From Bacteroides sp. (GTDB lineage: Bacteria > Bacteroidota > Bacteroidia > Bacteroidales > Bacteroidaceae): a stretch of 64,000 nucleotides of DNA. The DNA lies in contig JAVBVL010000019.1 of assembly GCA_031554285.1 (NCBI GenBank), forward strand, positions 9,768 through 73,767, read 5' to 3'. Numbering within the stretch: the stretch's first letter is position 1; each line of letters starts with the position of its first letter. The translations under genes and the position numbers were made by a program. The notes beneath the pieces are model-generated. The model was given only the letters and a program-made list of their open reading frames with translations, did no database searches and was not told the origin of the DNA. Positions 38,055-47,553 of this stretch are shown piece after piece.

Positions 38055-39251
38055 ATGAAGATATTGGTTTTGAATTGTGGCAGCTCGTCTATCAAGTACA
38101 AGCTGTTTGACATGACGCAAAAAGAAGTTATCGCACAAGGCGGTATTGAACGTATCGGTTTAAAGGGCTCGTTCCTGAAACTTACCTTGCCCAGCGGTGA
38201 AAAGAAAGTATTGGAAAAAGATGTACCCGAGCACACGGTAGGTGTAGAGTTCATCTTCAATACACTGATTAACGCAGAGTTCGGTGCTATCAAGTCGCTC
38301 GACGAGATTGATGCCGTAGGTCACCGTATGGTGCATGGTGGCGAACGTTTCAGTCAGTCGGTAATGCTCAATAAGGAAGTACTCGATGCCTTTGCAGCTT
38401 GTAACGACCTGGCTCCGTTGCACAATCCCGCCAACCTGAAAGGTGTGAATGCTGTAACAGCCATCCTTCCGAAGGTTCCGCAAGTGGGTGTATTCGATAC
38501 GGCTTTCCACCAAACTATGCCCGAGCATGCTTACCTGTATGCCATTCCTTATGATTTGTATGAGAAGTATGGCATCCGTCGTTACGGTTTCCACGGAACC
38601 TCACACCGCTATGTGTCGCAACGCGTGTGCGAATACCTGAATATGCCCGCCGAAGGCATGCGCCTCATTACCTGTCATATTGGTAACGGTGGTTCTATCT
38701 CGGCTATTAAAGATGGTAAATGTATCGACACAACAATGGGGCTTACTCCGCTGGAAGGTTTGATGATGGGTACCCGCAGTGGTGACATCGATGCCGGTGC
38801 CGTAACCTTTATCATGGATAAAGAAGGCTTGAATACCACAGGTGTTTCTAACCTGCTTAACAAGAAGAGCGGTGTGTTGGGTATCTTTGGTACATCGAGT
38901 GACATGCGCGAATTGGAAGATGCCGTTGCCAAAGGCGAACCCAAAGCCTTGTTGGCCGAGAAGATGTACTTCTACCGTGCCAAGAAGTATGTAGGCGCTT
39001 ATGCGGCTGCATTGGGTGGTGTCGATGTAATCCTGTTCACCGGTGGTGTGGGCGAGAACCAGGCTTCATTCCGTAAAGGTGTGTGCGAAGGATTGGAATA
39101 CATGGGCGTGAAGCTCGACCTTGAAAAGAACAAGATTCGTGGAGAAGAAGCTCTGATTTCTGCTCCCGATTCAAAAGTGAAGGTAGTGGTTATTCCTACC
39201 GATGAAGAACTGCTTATTGCATCGGATACAATGGATATCCTTAAAAAATAA
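38055..39251 (+). CDS. ackA: Acetate kinase
   Basis: True start MKILVLNCGSSSIK; GHRMVHGG, APLHNP, YGFHGTSH and PTDEE motifs. Confidence 0.97.
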   Translation: MKILVLNCGSSSIKYKLFDMTQKEVIAQGGIERIGLKGSFLKLTLPSGEKKVLEKDVPEHTVGVEFIFNTLINAEFGAIKSLDEIDAVGHRMVHGGERFSQSVMLNKEVLDAFAACNDLAPLHNPANLKGVNAVTAILPKVPQVGVFDTAFHQTMPEHAYLYAIPYDLYEKYGIRRYGFHGTSHRYVSQRVCEYLNMPAEGMRLITCHIGNGGSISAIKDGKCIDTTMGLTPLEGLMMGTRSGDIDAGAVTFIMDKEGLNTTGVSNLLNKKSGVLGIFGTSSDMRELEDAVAKGEPKALLAEKMYFYRAKKYVGAYAAALGGVDVILFTGGVGENQASFRKGVCEGLEYMGVKLDLEKNKIRGEEALISAPDSKVKVVVIPTDEELLIASDTMDILKK

Positions 39252-39270
39252 GACAAACAACTAATTTCTT

Positions 39271-39307
39271 AATACGGGGCGCTCCAAAAGGGCGTCCCGT
39301 ATTTTTT
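39271..39307 (+). terminator. Intrinsic terminator after ackA
   Basis: AATACGGGGCGC...GCGTCCCGTATT followed by a T-run. Confidence 0.8.
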
Positions 39308-39386
39308 AATACAATATTCATGCAACTTTTGGGCTATTCGATTTTATTTCTATTATCTTTGTTATAAATTATTTAAAACTATCATT

Positions 39387-40784
39387 ATGAAACGATTTAT
39401 CTATTCTTTATTCTTTGTGCTACTGGCTGTTGCTGCCAATGGACAAGCCAAATACGTGTTTTATTTTATTGGCGACGGAATGGGAGTGAACCAGGTGAAT
39501 GGTACCGAGATGTACTTAGCCGAGAAGAACGAGAACCGCATCGGTACGCAACCGTTGCTGTTTACCCAATTCCCTGTGGCTACCGTGGCTACTACCTTTG
39601 CTGCTACCAACTCGATTACCGATTCTTCGGCGGCGGGTACGGCATTGGCAACCGGTGTGAAGACATACAACGACGCCATCGGTGTAGATATTAACAAACA
39701 ACCGGTAGAGTCGGTAGCCGAAAAAGCCAAGAAAGCCGGTAAACGGGTAGGTGTGGTAACCAGTGTAAGTGTTGACCATGCAACCCCTGCCTCTTTCTAT
39801 GCACACCAGGAAGAACGCGACTGGTATTACGAAATTGCAACCGACCTTCCCAAAGCTAATTTCGACTTTTATGCAGGAGGTGGTTTCCTGAAACCATTCG
39901 TTACCCACAAAGGCGATACGGTTGCCAGTGTATTCCCTATGTTCGAAGAAGCCGGCTATGTATTGGCTAAAGGATATAATGATTACAAAGCCAAAGTTGC
40001 AACTGCCAAGAAGATGATTCTTATTCAGGAAGATGGTAAGAACCCCGGTGCCATTCCGTATGCCATCGACCGTAAAGCCGACGACCTTACGCTGACTCAG
40101 ATTACCGAGAGCGCTCTTAACTTCCTGACTAAGGATGCTAAAAAAGGGTTTTTCCTGATGGTAGAAGGCGGTAAGATTGACTGGGCTTGCCATGCCAACG
40201 ATGCTGCTACGGCATTCAATGAAGTAGTAGACTTCAACAGCGCCATTCAGGTGGCTTATGAGTTCTATAAGAAACACCCGAAAGAAACTCTCATCGTAGT
40301 AACTGCCGACCATGAAACCGGAGGCTTGGGCTTAGGTATCAAAGGTTATACTTTGAACCTGAAAGCGCTGGCTAATCAAACCATGTCTTTAGATTTGCTC
40401 TCTGCCGGTTTAAATGAACTGCGCAAAGCTAAAAACAACCATGTAACCTGGGAAGAAGCCAAGGCTTATTTGAGTGATAAGTTGGGATTCTGGACGAAGT
40501 TGCCGTTAACCTGGGCACAAGAACGTGCACTGCGTGATGAATTCGAAATTTCGTTTGTACAAAATAAAGGAGTAGCTGCCGAAAGCATGTACTCCAAGAG
40601 CGAACCGTTGGCCGCCCGTGCTAAAGAGGTTATGAGCCAAATTGCATTGATAGGTTGGACTACTTCCAGTCACTCTGCCGGTTATGTGCCTGTGTATGCC
40701 ATCGGTGCCGGTTCCGAGCTGTTTAATGGTAAGATGGATAATACCGATATTCCGAAGCGTATTGCCAAAGCCGGCAAGTATTAA
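39387..40784 (+). CDS. Alkaline phosphatase (PhoA family)
   Basis: FIGDGMG, TDSSAAGTA, HATPA, EGGKIDWACH and TADHETGG motifs. Confidence 0.95.
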   Translation: MKRFIYSLFFVLLAVAANGQAKYVFYFIGDGMGVNQVNGTEMYLAEKNENRIGTQPLLFTQFPVATVATTFAATNSITDSSAAGTALATGVKTYNDAIGVDINKQPVESVAEKAKKAGKRVGVVTSVSVDHATPASFYAHQEERDWYYEIATDLPKANFDFYAGGGFLKPFVTHKGDTVASVFPMFEEAGYVLAKGYNDYKAKVATAKKMILIQEDGKNPGAIPYAIDRKADDLTLTQITESALNFLTKDAKKGFFLMVEGGKIDWACHANDAATAFNEVVDFNSAIQVAYEFYKKHPKETLIVVTADHETGGLGLGIKGYTLNLKALANQTMSLDLLSAGLNELRKAKNNHVTWEEAKAYLSDKLGFWTKLPLTWAQERALRDEFEISFVQNKGVAAESMYSKSEPLAARAKEVMSQIALIGWTTSSHSAGYVPVYAIGAGSELFNGKMDNTDIPKRIAKAGKY

Positions 40785-40801
40785 TCGGTCTTATATAAAA
40801 T

Positions 40802-40845
40802 AAAAGCAGCCTACTGAATGAAAACGATTCAGTGGGCTGCTTTTT
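40802..40845. terminator. Bidirectional intrinsic terminator
   Basis: AAAAGCAGCCTACTGAAT...ATTCAGTGGGCTGCTTTT between convergent genes. Confidence 0.85.
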
Positions 40846-40856
40846 GTTTGTGCCGG

Positions 40857-41648
40857 TTAGTAGTCCGAAGAGGTAACTCTATCCAAAGAGAAGTTAATGG
40901 TTGTGTTATTTTCCCGGCGCCCTACCCATTCCATGTGCATGCCGTCGGTAGTAATCATCCAACTTTCGCACTCTTTTCCTTTGGTTCCTTGTTGGAGGTC
41001 GTTGTTATAGGTGGTTACCAATAAGTTGCCGTACAGATAGAAGTGCCCGTCGTTGTCTTCTTTGATAACATATGCTTGCTTTTCCTCGTCAAAGTACTTG
41101 TAATCAAAGGTGCCTACGGTTCCTTTGTTATATCTCCAGTAAGCATCGTATTTACCAATCATGCCCGGGGTGGTAGAGCCTCCTTTCCAGATTCCTATAA
41201 GCTTATCGTATAGATTCTCGGTTGCTTTGCGCAGCACGTACTTGTGTATATAGGCGGGCATCTCTGTTCCATCGTATATATATTTCTCTACCTGTATGTG
41301 TAGCAGGTCACCTTGCAAGGCGTAGGTAGATTGAATGGAAATATTCTTTCCGTTGGTATACGCACCGCTGATAGATACCGTGTTCCCTTTGATTTCAAAG
41401 TAGCATACATCCTCCGCCCATTCAGCACCCTGGTTGGTATAGTAGAGGTGGGCGTGTATATGTTGGGTGTTTTCGGCAAAGAAGAATACAAATTTATCGT
41501 TGGTCAGTATTTCTTTTCCGTCCACTTGTTCGGCTATCCAGGTTCCATGAAGCGGGTTTGATGAACCAAGTTCTTCGGAGTCTTCTTTGTAGCAGCTTGT
41601 GAGTAGGAGTAATGTTAGCAAAAAGCTACATAATGCTTTTATTTTCAT
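40857..41648 (-). CDS. Hypothetical lipoprotein with two lipocalin-like (GxW) modules
   Basis: Lipobox LTSC; LHGTW and LIGIW motifs. Confidence 0.65.
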   Translation of the reverse strand: MKIKALCSFLLTLLLLTSCYKEDSEELGSSNPLHGTWIAEQVDGKEILTNDKFVFFFAENTQHIHAHLYYTNQGAEWAEDVCYFEIKGNTVSISGAYTNGKNISIQSTYALQGDLLHIQVEKYIYDGTEMPAYIHKYVLRKATENLYDKLIGIWKGGSTTPGMIGKYDAYWRYNKGTVGTFDYKYFDEEKQAYVIKEDNDGHFYLYGNLLVTTYNNDLQQGTKGKECESWMITTDGMHMEWVGRRENNTTINFSLDRVTSSDY

Positions 41649-41665
41649 GTTTTATTTGTTTTTGG

Positions 41666-42430
41666 TTATACTTGTGTTTCGCCTTCAATAAAGTTTTCCA
41701 GGAAGAAGTTCTCTCCATCGAACACGGCGTAGGAGAAGAAATTAATCCAATCGCCCAGGATGGTAACCCGTGCGGTGGCGCTTAACGTAAGGTCAAGTTC
41801 AATGTGCCGGTGCCCGTACACAAAGAAGTTGATGTTGGGATGGCTTTTAAGATACTCTTTGCTATAAAGTACAAGATACTCCTTATCTTCACCCATGTAA
41901 TCGGGTTCTTTACCATCGGCGCGCTTCATGCGGCTGCGTTTGGCCCAACTCAGTCCCAGTTCCATACTCCAACGCGGATGGATGGCAGAGAAGAGTCTTT
42001 GCAACGTTTGACTGTGAAACATGGAACGCAGCATCTTAAAATTCTTGTCCGGATCGCCCAACCCGTCGCCGTGCGCCAGGTAAAACTCCTTGCCGTATAT
42101 CTCCGTGGTAAGCGGTTCGCGGTGAATAATCATCCCACACTCCTTGGTCAGGTAATCGCCGCACCAGATGTCGTGGTTGCCGATGAAGAAGTGTACCTCC
42201 ACACCCATGTCGGTCAGTTCAGACAGTTTGCCGAGGAAACGGGTGTATCCTTTAGGAACTACCAGTTTAAACTCGTACCAAAAGTCGAACATATCACCCA
42301 GCAAATACACGGCAGACGCTTTGTGCTTGATGCTATCGAGAAAGTTTACCAACCTTCGCTCTTGTGTGCGGCCGTGTTCAATGGCCCGCGAACCCAAGTG
42401 CGCGTCAGACAGAAAGTAGATGTTCTTCAT
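41666..42430 (-). CDS. lpxH: UDP-2,3-diacylglucosamine diphosphatase
   Basis: SDAHLG, GDMFDFW, GNHD, HGD, GHRH and LGDW motifs. Confidence 0.92.
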   Translation of the reverse strand: MKNIYFLSDAHLGSRAIEHGRTQERRLVNFLDSIKHKASAVYLLGDMFDFWYEFKLVVPKGYTRFLGKLSELTDMGVEVHFFIGNHDIWCGDYLTKECGMIIHREPLTTEIYGKEFYLAHGDGLGDPDKNFKMLRSMFHSQTLQRLFSAIHPRWSMELGLSWAKRSRMKRADGKEPDYMGEDKEYLVLYSKEYLKSHPNINFFVYGHRHIELDLTLSATARVTILGDWINFFSYAVFDGENFFLENFIEGETQV

Positions 42431-42451
42431 GCGCAGATATTTATAGATACA

Positions 42452-42763
42452 TTAAAGGAAACCCAACTCCAGTTTGGCTTCTTCGCTCATCATGTCTTTG
42501 TGCCATTCGGGTTCAAACACCAGATTTACGGTGGTCGATGTAATTCCTTCGATGGAATCAATGCGTTGACGCACATCTTCCATGATGAAGTCGGCCGCCG
42601 GACAGTTGGGGGCTGTAAGCGTCATGTCAATAACTGCCTCGCCATTATCGCCTACCTCAATGCGGTAGATGAGGCCGAGGTCGTAGATGTTTACCGGAAT
42701 CTCCGGGTCGAACACCGTTTTGAGCATGGATACTATTTTTTCTTCTATTTCAAAATTTGCCAT
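42452..42763 (-). CDS. SufT/DUF59 Fe-S cluster assembly factor
   Basis: DPEIPVNIYDLGLIY and MTLTAPNCP motifs. Confidence 0.92.
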   Translation of the reverse strand: MANFEIEEKIVSMLKTVFDPEIPVNIYDLGLIYRIEVGDNGEAVIDMTLTAPNCPAADFIMEDVRQRIDSIEGITSTTVNLVFEPEWHKDMMSEEAKLELGFL

Positions 42764-42802
42764 AATCGTTCTAATATTCTACAAATATAGTAATAAATTC
42801 AA

Positions 42803-43495
42803 TCAGAGTAGTCCCTCGTCGGCAAAACTGAAGAACTTCCCGTCACAAATAATAACATGGTCGGTTAAGGAGATGTTCATGGTTTGCGCTCCTTTGAGAA
42901 TGCGTTGGGTAAGCAGGCGGTCTTCGTGGCTGGGCTGGTTGTTCCCCGAAGGGTGGTTATGTATCAGTATCAGTTGGGTAGCCCGTTGCAACAAGGCTTC
43001 ACGCAGAATGGTACGTATGTCGGCATACGTACCGTCAATGCCTCCGGTACTGATGCGTATGCGGTCAATGATTTTGCAGCCCTGGTTAAGGAGCAGTATC
43101 CAGAACTCTTCCTGTGGTTGGTCGCCCAACAGGGGATGAAAGAGGTTGTAAATATCGTTGGAGCAGCGAATGGTAGTTCGCTCTTTGGCTTCTTGAAGTT
43201 TGCGGCGTTTGCCTATTTCCAGTGCTGCCATGATGGTAATACTTTTTGCCGGGCCAAATCCTTTAAAACGATGGAAGTGATGTGCTTCCCATCGGGCCAG
43301 TTCATTGAGGTTGTTATCGCAGGAGGCCAGCACCCGTCGCATCAGTTCTACGGCGCTTTCGTCTTTGTTGCCTGTACCTATCAAGATGGCAAGTAGTTCG
43401 GCATCGCTCAGCGCTTCGGCTCCTTTACTCATCATTTTCTCGCGCGGACGGTCTTCTTCTGCCCATTGGGGGATGGTTAATTTCGTTTCTCTCAT
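42803..43495 (-). CDS. radC: RadC (JAB domain) protein
   Basis: RPREK, ELLAILIG, HNHPSG and DHVI motifs. Confidence 0.95.
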   Translation of the reverse strand: MRETKLTIPQWAEEDRPREKMMSKGAEALSDAELLAILIGTGNKDESAVELMRRVLASCDNNLNELARWEAHHFHRFKGFGPAKSITIMAALEIGKRRKLQEAKERTTIRCSNDIYNLFHPLLGDQPQEEFWILLLNQGCKIIDRIRISTGGIDGTYADIRTILREALLQRATQLILIHNHPSGNNQPSHEDRLLTQRILKGAQTMNISLTDHVIICDGKFFSFADEGLL

Positions 43496-43530
43496 ATTGT
43501 TTAGTTTAAAGTTCTGTGGTGAATAATATC

Positions 43531-44520
43531 TTACTTATAAAAGTTCTTGCGGAAAGCCTCAAATTCATCTTTTCCCAGTACACAGCGCTTCCACCACGCA
43601 CGCCAGAAGCCTGTTCCGTACCCAATCAATTGAATGTAAGAGGCGGCTATGGAGTAGATGCCGATACGCAGACTATGGTTTTGTATAGCGGAGTCCGTAC
43701 ATACCAGCAGTGCATAGAGTAACAGCGGCAGCAGGCTATACAGGCACCAGATGCTTCCCACTAAGAAGAAAGCTACGCCCAGGGTGAACAGGCCCGGAAG
43801 CAGATGCACCAGCTTCAATGATTCCGGATATTTCTTGTACAGGTTAATGCGTGCAATGCCCGAGTTGTGCACCTGTTTGAAGAACTTCTTCAGGTCGGTA
43901 CGGCGTTTGTGGAATACCCAGGCCTCAGGAAACAGGCGGCAGGCATATCCGCCCTTGAAGATGCGGATGCTGAAATCAATATCCTCGCCAAAGCGCATGT
44001 TCGAGAAACCGTCCAGAGCTTCGTATACCGTGCGGCGTACGCCCATGTTGAAGCTACGGGGGTAGAACTTATCCATCTTCTGCTTACCACCGCGAATACC
44101 CCCGGTGGTAAAGAAAGAAGTCATGGAGTAGTTGATGGCTTTTTGCAAATCGCTGAACGATTCGTGTGCGCGGTCGGGACCGCCGAAGGCATCGGCGGGT
44201 TGACGTTGCAGTTCCGTTTCTACGGCGGCGAAGTATCCCGGCGGGACAATCACGTCCGAGTCTAATATAATAAGGTATTCGCCCCGGCTTTCGCGGGCGC
44301 CGAAGTTACGTGTCTGTCCCGGCCCCGAGTTAGGTTTTTCAAAGTAACGTACCGTTAATTGTCCGGCATACCGTTCTGCTATTTCACGGCAAGGTACAGT
44401 CGATCCGTCTTCGACAATAACCACTTCGAAGTCCGTGAACGATTGGGCGGTGAGGCTTTGTAAGAGCTCGTCCACTTCGTCGGGACGGTTATACACGGGG
44501 ATAATGACGGAATAACGCAT
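43531..44520 (-). CDS. Family 2 glycosyltransferase
   Basis: SVIIPVYN, VEDGS, LDSD, GEDIDFS and HKRR motifs. Confidence 0.9.
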   Translation of the reverse strand: MRYSVIIPVYNRPDEVDELLQSLTAQSFTDFEVVIVEDGSTVPCREIAERYAGQLTVRYFEKPNSGPGQTRNFGARESRGEYLIILDSDVIVPPGYFAAVETELQRQPADAFGGPDRAHESFSDLQKAINYSMTSFFTTGGIRGGKQKMDKFYPRSFNMGVRRTVYEALDGFSNMRFGEDIDFSIRIFKGGYACRLFPEAWVFHKRRTDLKKFFKQVHNSGIARINLYKKYPESLKLVHLLPGLFTLGVAFFLVGSIWCLYSLLPLLLYALLVCTDSAIQNHSLRIGIYSIAASYIQLIGYGTGFWRAWWKRCVLGKDEFEAFRKNFYK

Positions 44521-44573
44521 GGTGTATCAATTTTATAGATGCAAATATAAACCTTATTTTCACAAACGGGCAC

Positions 44574-44626
44574 AAAAAAACTTCCATTTCTCAACGCCTC
44601 ACAATGGGCGAACAGAGAAATGGAAG
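44574..44626 (-). terminator. Intrinsic terminator after efp
   Basis: CTTCCATTTCTC / GAGAAATGGAAG 12-bp stem with A7 on +. Confidence 0.75.
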
Positions 44627-44665
44627 CTGTTTTGTCGGGAAAGATTTGTGTAATTCCCCGTTGAC

Positions 44666-45232
44666 TTATGCTTTTACACGGCTAACGTATGAACCGTCGC
44701 GTGTGTCAACTTCAATGGTTTCGCCTTCGTTGATAAACAACGGAACGCGTACGGTAGCACCGGTTTCCAGTGTAGCAGGTTTAGTTGCGTTGGTGGCAGT
44801 GTCACCTTTCAAGCCCGGCTCGGTGTAAGTAATGAGCAACTGAACTTTTACCGGCATTTCGGCAAATAGAACTGTTTCCGATTCGGCGTGAGCTACTACT
44901 TCAACCACAAAGCCTTCTTTGAGGAACTCTACGCCATTAATCAGGTCTTTCTGGATAGAAATCTGCTCAAATGTTTCCTGGTTCATGAAGTTATATCCCA
45001 TATCATCCTGATACAGGTATTGGTACGGGCGACGTTCGATGCGAACTTCTTCAATCTTTACGCCGGCGTTGAATGTCTTTTCAAGGGTACGTCCGGTAGT
45101 AACGCTTTTCATCTTGGTGCGAACAAACGCAGCGCCTTTACCCGGTTTAACGTGCAAAAATTCAGTGATGAAGTAGTAGTGACCGTCTAAATCGATACAC
45201 ATACCATTCTTGATGTCTGCTGTAGTAGCCAT
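44666..45232 (-). CDS. efp: Elongation factor P
   Basis: HVKPGKG, PGLKGDT and VPLFI motifs. Confidence 0.97.
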   Translation of the reverse strand: MATTADIKNGMCIDLDGHYYFITEFLHVKPGKGAAFVRTKMKSVTTGRTLEKTFNAGVKIEEVRIERRPYQYLYQDDMGYNFMNQETFEQISIQKDLINGVEFLKEGFVVEVVAHAESETVLFAEMPVKVQLLITYTEPGLKGDTATNATKPATLETGATVRVPLFINEGETIEVDTRDGSYVSRVKA

Positions 45233-45430
45233 ACTTTTTCTCTTTTATATTTTATGATTATTGATTAATCAAAGGGGTAGGGAAACTCATTTCCGGGTGC
45301 AAAAGTAATCTAAATCAGCAAAAAAGCCAAAAACTTTGATGCAAAAAAGCGTTATCGCTTGGTTAATTTAAAAAAAGTCTCTATTTTTGCAGCCCGTTAC
45401 GTAGAATAATAACATAAAACATATACAGCA

Positions 45431-45592
45431 ATGAAGAGAACTTATCAACCCTCTAACAGAAAGAGAAAGAACAAACACGGTTTCCGTGAAAGAATGGCGT
45501 CGGCTAATGGTCGCAGAGTATTGGCAGCACGTCGTGGTAAAGGCAGAAAGAAATTAACTGTTTCTGACGAATACAACGGACGCAAAGCATAA
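45431..45592 (+). CDS. rpmH: 50S ribosomal protein L34
   Basis: Not in the ORF track. Manual translation: [53 protein letters not shown]; TATTTTTG promoter at 45382-45389. Confidence 0.98.
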   Translation: MKRTYQPSNRKRKNKHGFRERMASANGRRVLAARRGKGRKKLTVSDEYNGRKA

Positions 45593-45615
45593 TATTGCTT
45601 GTAGTGAAGAAATTG

Positions 45616-45652
45616 AAAAGGAGTATAACCCCGGTGGTTATACTCCTTTTTT
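45616..45652. terminator. Bidirectional terminator between rpmH and the QueG-like gene
   Basis: AAAAGGAGTATAACC-CCGGT-GGTTATACTCCTTTT. Confidence 0.85.
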
Positions 45653-45665
45653 CTTATGGTCTTCG

Positions 45666-46343
45666 TTACTGCTTCACTCCCAAAGCGCGGGGGCAAATGG
45701 TACGGCAGGTATTGCAATGTACTACATCGAAGCCGCGGCCGTTGGTTCCGTATGTATGCGGACGGCACAACGTTTGGTTGACTGATTCGCCATTCAGCGC
45801 CTGCGTAGGACAGTTCTTGCGGCACAGGTTACAACCCGGCAGGCACACTTCCTCTGCCAACGGGTCCGACTGCAACTCGAGGTTAGTAAGCACCCCGCCC
45901 AGAGTGATAAAACTGCCGTATTGTCGGTTGATAAGCAGTTTGCTCTTGCCTAATGTGCCCAGCCCTGCCAGTGCGGCGGCGTGGCGCATGGATAATAGCC
46001 CCTTACCCGTGAGGGTGTCCGTCTCCCAATACTCGTAGGGGCTGTCGCAAGGAAGCGGTACCACGGTGCAACCTAGACGGGTTTCAAGCAAGAGGGCGGC
46101 TTCGTAGGCAATGCGGTCTACCTCGTTCTTGGTAAGCGTATTCGCATGGTTGTACAGCAGTCGTGGCGATACTTGGGCCGCTCCGCGCGGCAGGCGTTTG
46201 GCAAACATCACTACCGATTTGCAATCGTTGTACAAATTGCAGGGGTGAAAACCGTGAGGTGCTTCGGCAAACCTCTCCACATGGGCAATGCCGCACAAGT
46301 CGGCTCCCAATTCCTTAAACAGTTCTTTGATGGTTTGTTCCAT
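45666..46343 (-). CDS. Short epoxyqueuosine reductase (QueG)-like 4Fe-4S protein
   Basis: GADLCGIA, RHAAALAGLG..GK..L, YGS...LGGVLT, CxxxCxxCxxxCP and CxxCxxxCP motifs. Confidence 0.75.
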   Translation of the reverse strand: MEQTIKELFKELGADLCGIAHVERFAEAPHGFHPCNLYNDCKSVVMFAKRLPRGAAQVSPRLLYNHANTLTKNEVDRIAYEAALLLETRLGCTVVPLPCDSPYEYWETDTLTGKGLLSMRHAAALAGLGTLGKSKLLINRQYGSFITLGGVLTNLELQSDPLAEEVCLPGCNLCRKNCPTQALNGESVNQTLCRPHTYGTNGRGFDVVHCNTCRTICPRALGVKQ

Positions 46344-46429
46344 GATGTTTGTATATTAAAGATGAAATGCAAAAGTAGAAATTTTGTAAGAAGAGCCGTC
46401 GGTTTACGCCAAAAAAATGAAGCGCATGC

Positions 46430-46460
46430 TTGCTATTGTGTTGTAAAAGTACTATATTTG
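46430..46460 (+). promoter_or_regulatory. Bacteroidetes promoter TTG-N20-TATATTTG with no downstream ORF
   Basis: -33 TTG at 46430-46432 and -7 TATATTTG at 46453-46460. Confidence 0.6.
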
Positions 46461-46465
46461 TAACG

Positions 46466-46531
46466 TTAATGATAAAGTAGGTTCAATTTATACTACACCC
46501 CATATAAGGAAGCCACACGCTTCCTTTTTTT
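46466..46531 (+). ncRNA. Candidate small RNA (~65 nt)
   Basis: Promoter directly followed by terminator AAGGAAGC-CACAC-GCTTCCTT plus T5; no ORF. Confidence 0.5.
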
Positions 46532-46555
46532 GTATCCGCTTGCGAAATTCTACTC

Positions 46556-46750
46556 AAACTTCACCAACTTTCACCTCACTTTTCACCAACTTTTCCGGAA
46601 AGTTGGTGAAGTTTCGTAAAAAGATGACGACCTTTTCCTGATTACAAGGTTTCAAAACTGAATTTCATAGGATGATATCGCGATATCATCCTATGAAACG
46701 TACGGATGAGCGCCTAATCCTTCCGTTTCAGCCCATGAAACCTGAAAACG
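46556..46750. repeat. Divergent member of the intergenic repeat family (TTCACC block, 36-bp palindrome, GTTTC/GAAAC units)
   Basis: Three direct TTCACC and one inverted; TGATTAC; TTTCATAGGATGA shared with 55381-55393. Confidence 0.65.
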
Positions 46751-46894
46751 TTTATTGCCTGTTAATAATCTGTAAACTTGCTCTTGACAAAAACAAGCTC
46801 AAATACCCTGCTTTGTCAGGAAATATATGCTTTCCGAAGCATACACTATCTGTCGAAAATTGTATCTTTGACCCGGATTAATATTTTGTACGTT

Positions 46895-47542
46895 ATGACT
46901 ATCAAGGAATTCTTTTCATTCAAAGGCAATAAATTCTTCTGGACCAACATCATCGGCATGGTAGTAGCTGCCGTTGTTGTACTGCTCATTGCACTTAAAG
47001 GACTCGATATATATACCCGCCACGGCGAAGCGGTAGAGGTACCCGATGTAAAAGGTATGGACGTAACCGAAGCCATGATGATGTTCCGCAACCGCGGATT
47101 GCAATGCGAAGTAACCGATTCCAGTTACGTAAAGAACAAACCCGCAGGTATAATCCTGGAACTGAATCCGGCTGCCGGACAAAAAGTGAAGGAAGGCCGC
47201 ATGATATACCTTACCATCAACACCCTGAATATTCCGCTGCGTGCCGTGCCCGATGTGGCCGACAATAGCTCCGTACGCCAGGCGCAAGCCAAAATACTGG
47301 CTTCGGGCTTTAAACTTGCCGAGAACCAACAGGTGAGCGGCGAGAAAGACTGGGTGTACGGTGTGAAGTACAACGGTACCGTGCTGCGCCCCGGCGATAA
47401 AGTTCCGTTGGGAGCTACACTTACCCTGATGGTAGGTAACGGCACCGCCGAACAACAGGAAGAAGAAAGTACCCTCGATGCAGGAGGCGATGATACCCCC
47501 GCACCTGCACCCGCACACGCCGAAGGAGAATCGTGGTTTTAA
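46895..47542 (+). CDS. PASTA domain membrane protein
   Basis: Start MTIKEFF; TM; YTRHGE..EVPDV; TATCTTTG upstream. Confidence 0.88.
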   Translation: MTIKEFFSFKGNKFFWTNIIGMVVAAVVVLLIALKGLDIYTRHGEAVEVPDVKGMDVTEAMMMFRNRGLQCEVTDSSYVKNKPAGIILELNPAAGQKVKEGRMIYLTINTLNIPLRAVPDVADNSSVRQAQAKILASGFKLAENQQVSGEKDWVYGVKYNGTVLRPGDKVPLGATLTLMVGNGTAEQQEEESTLDAGGDDTPAPAPAHAEGESWF

Positions 47543-47553
47543 ACAAAATACAG

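Noticed and set aside
42803-43495. radC as marker of a mobile element
   Set aside because: Full-length chromosomal type among core genes, with no integrase or conjugation genes
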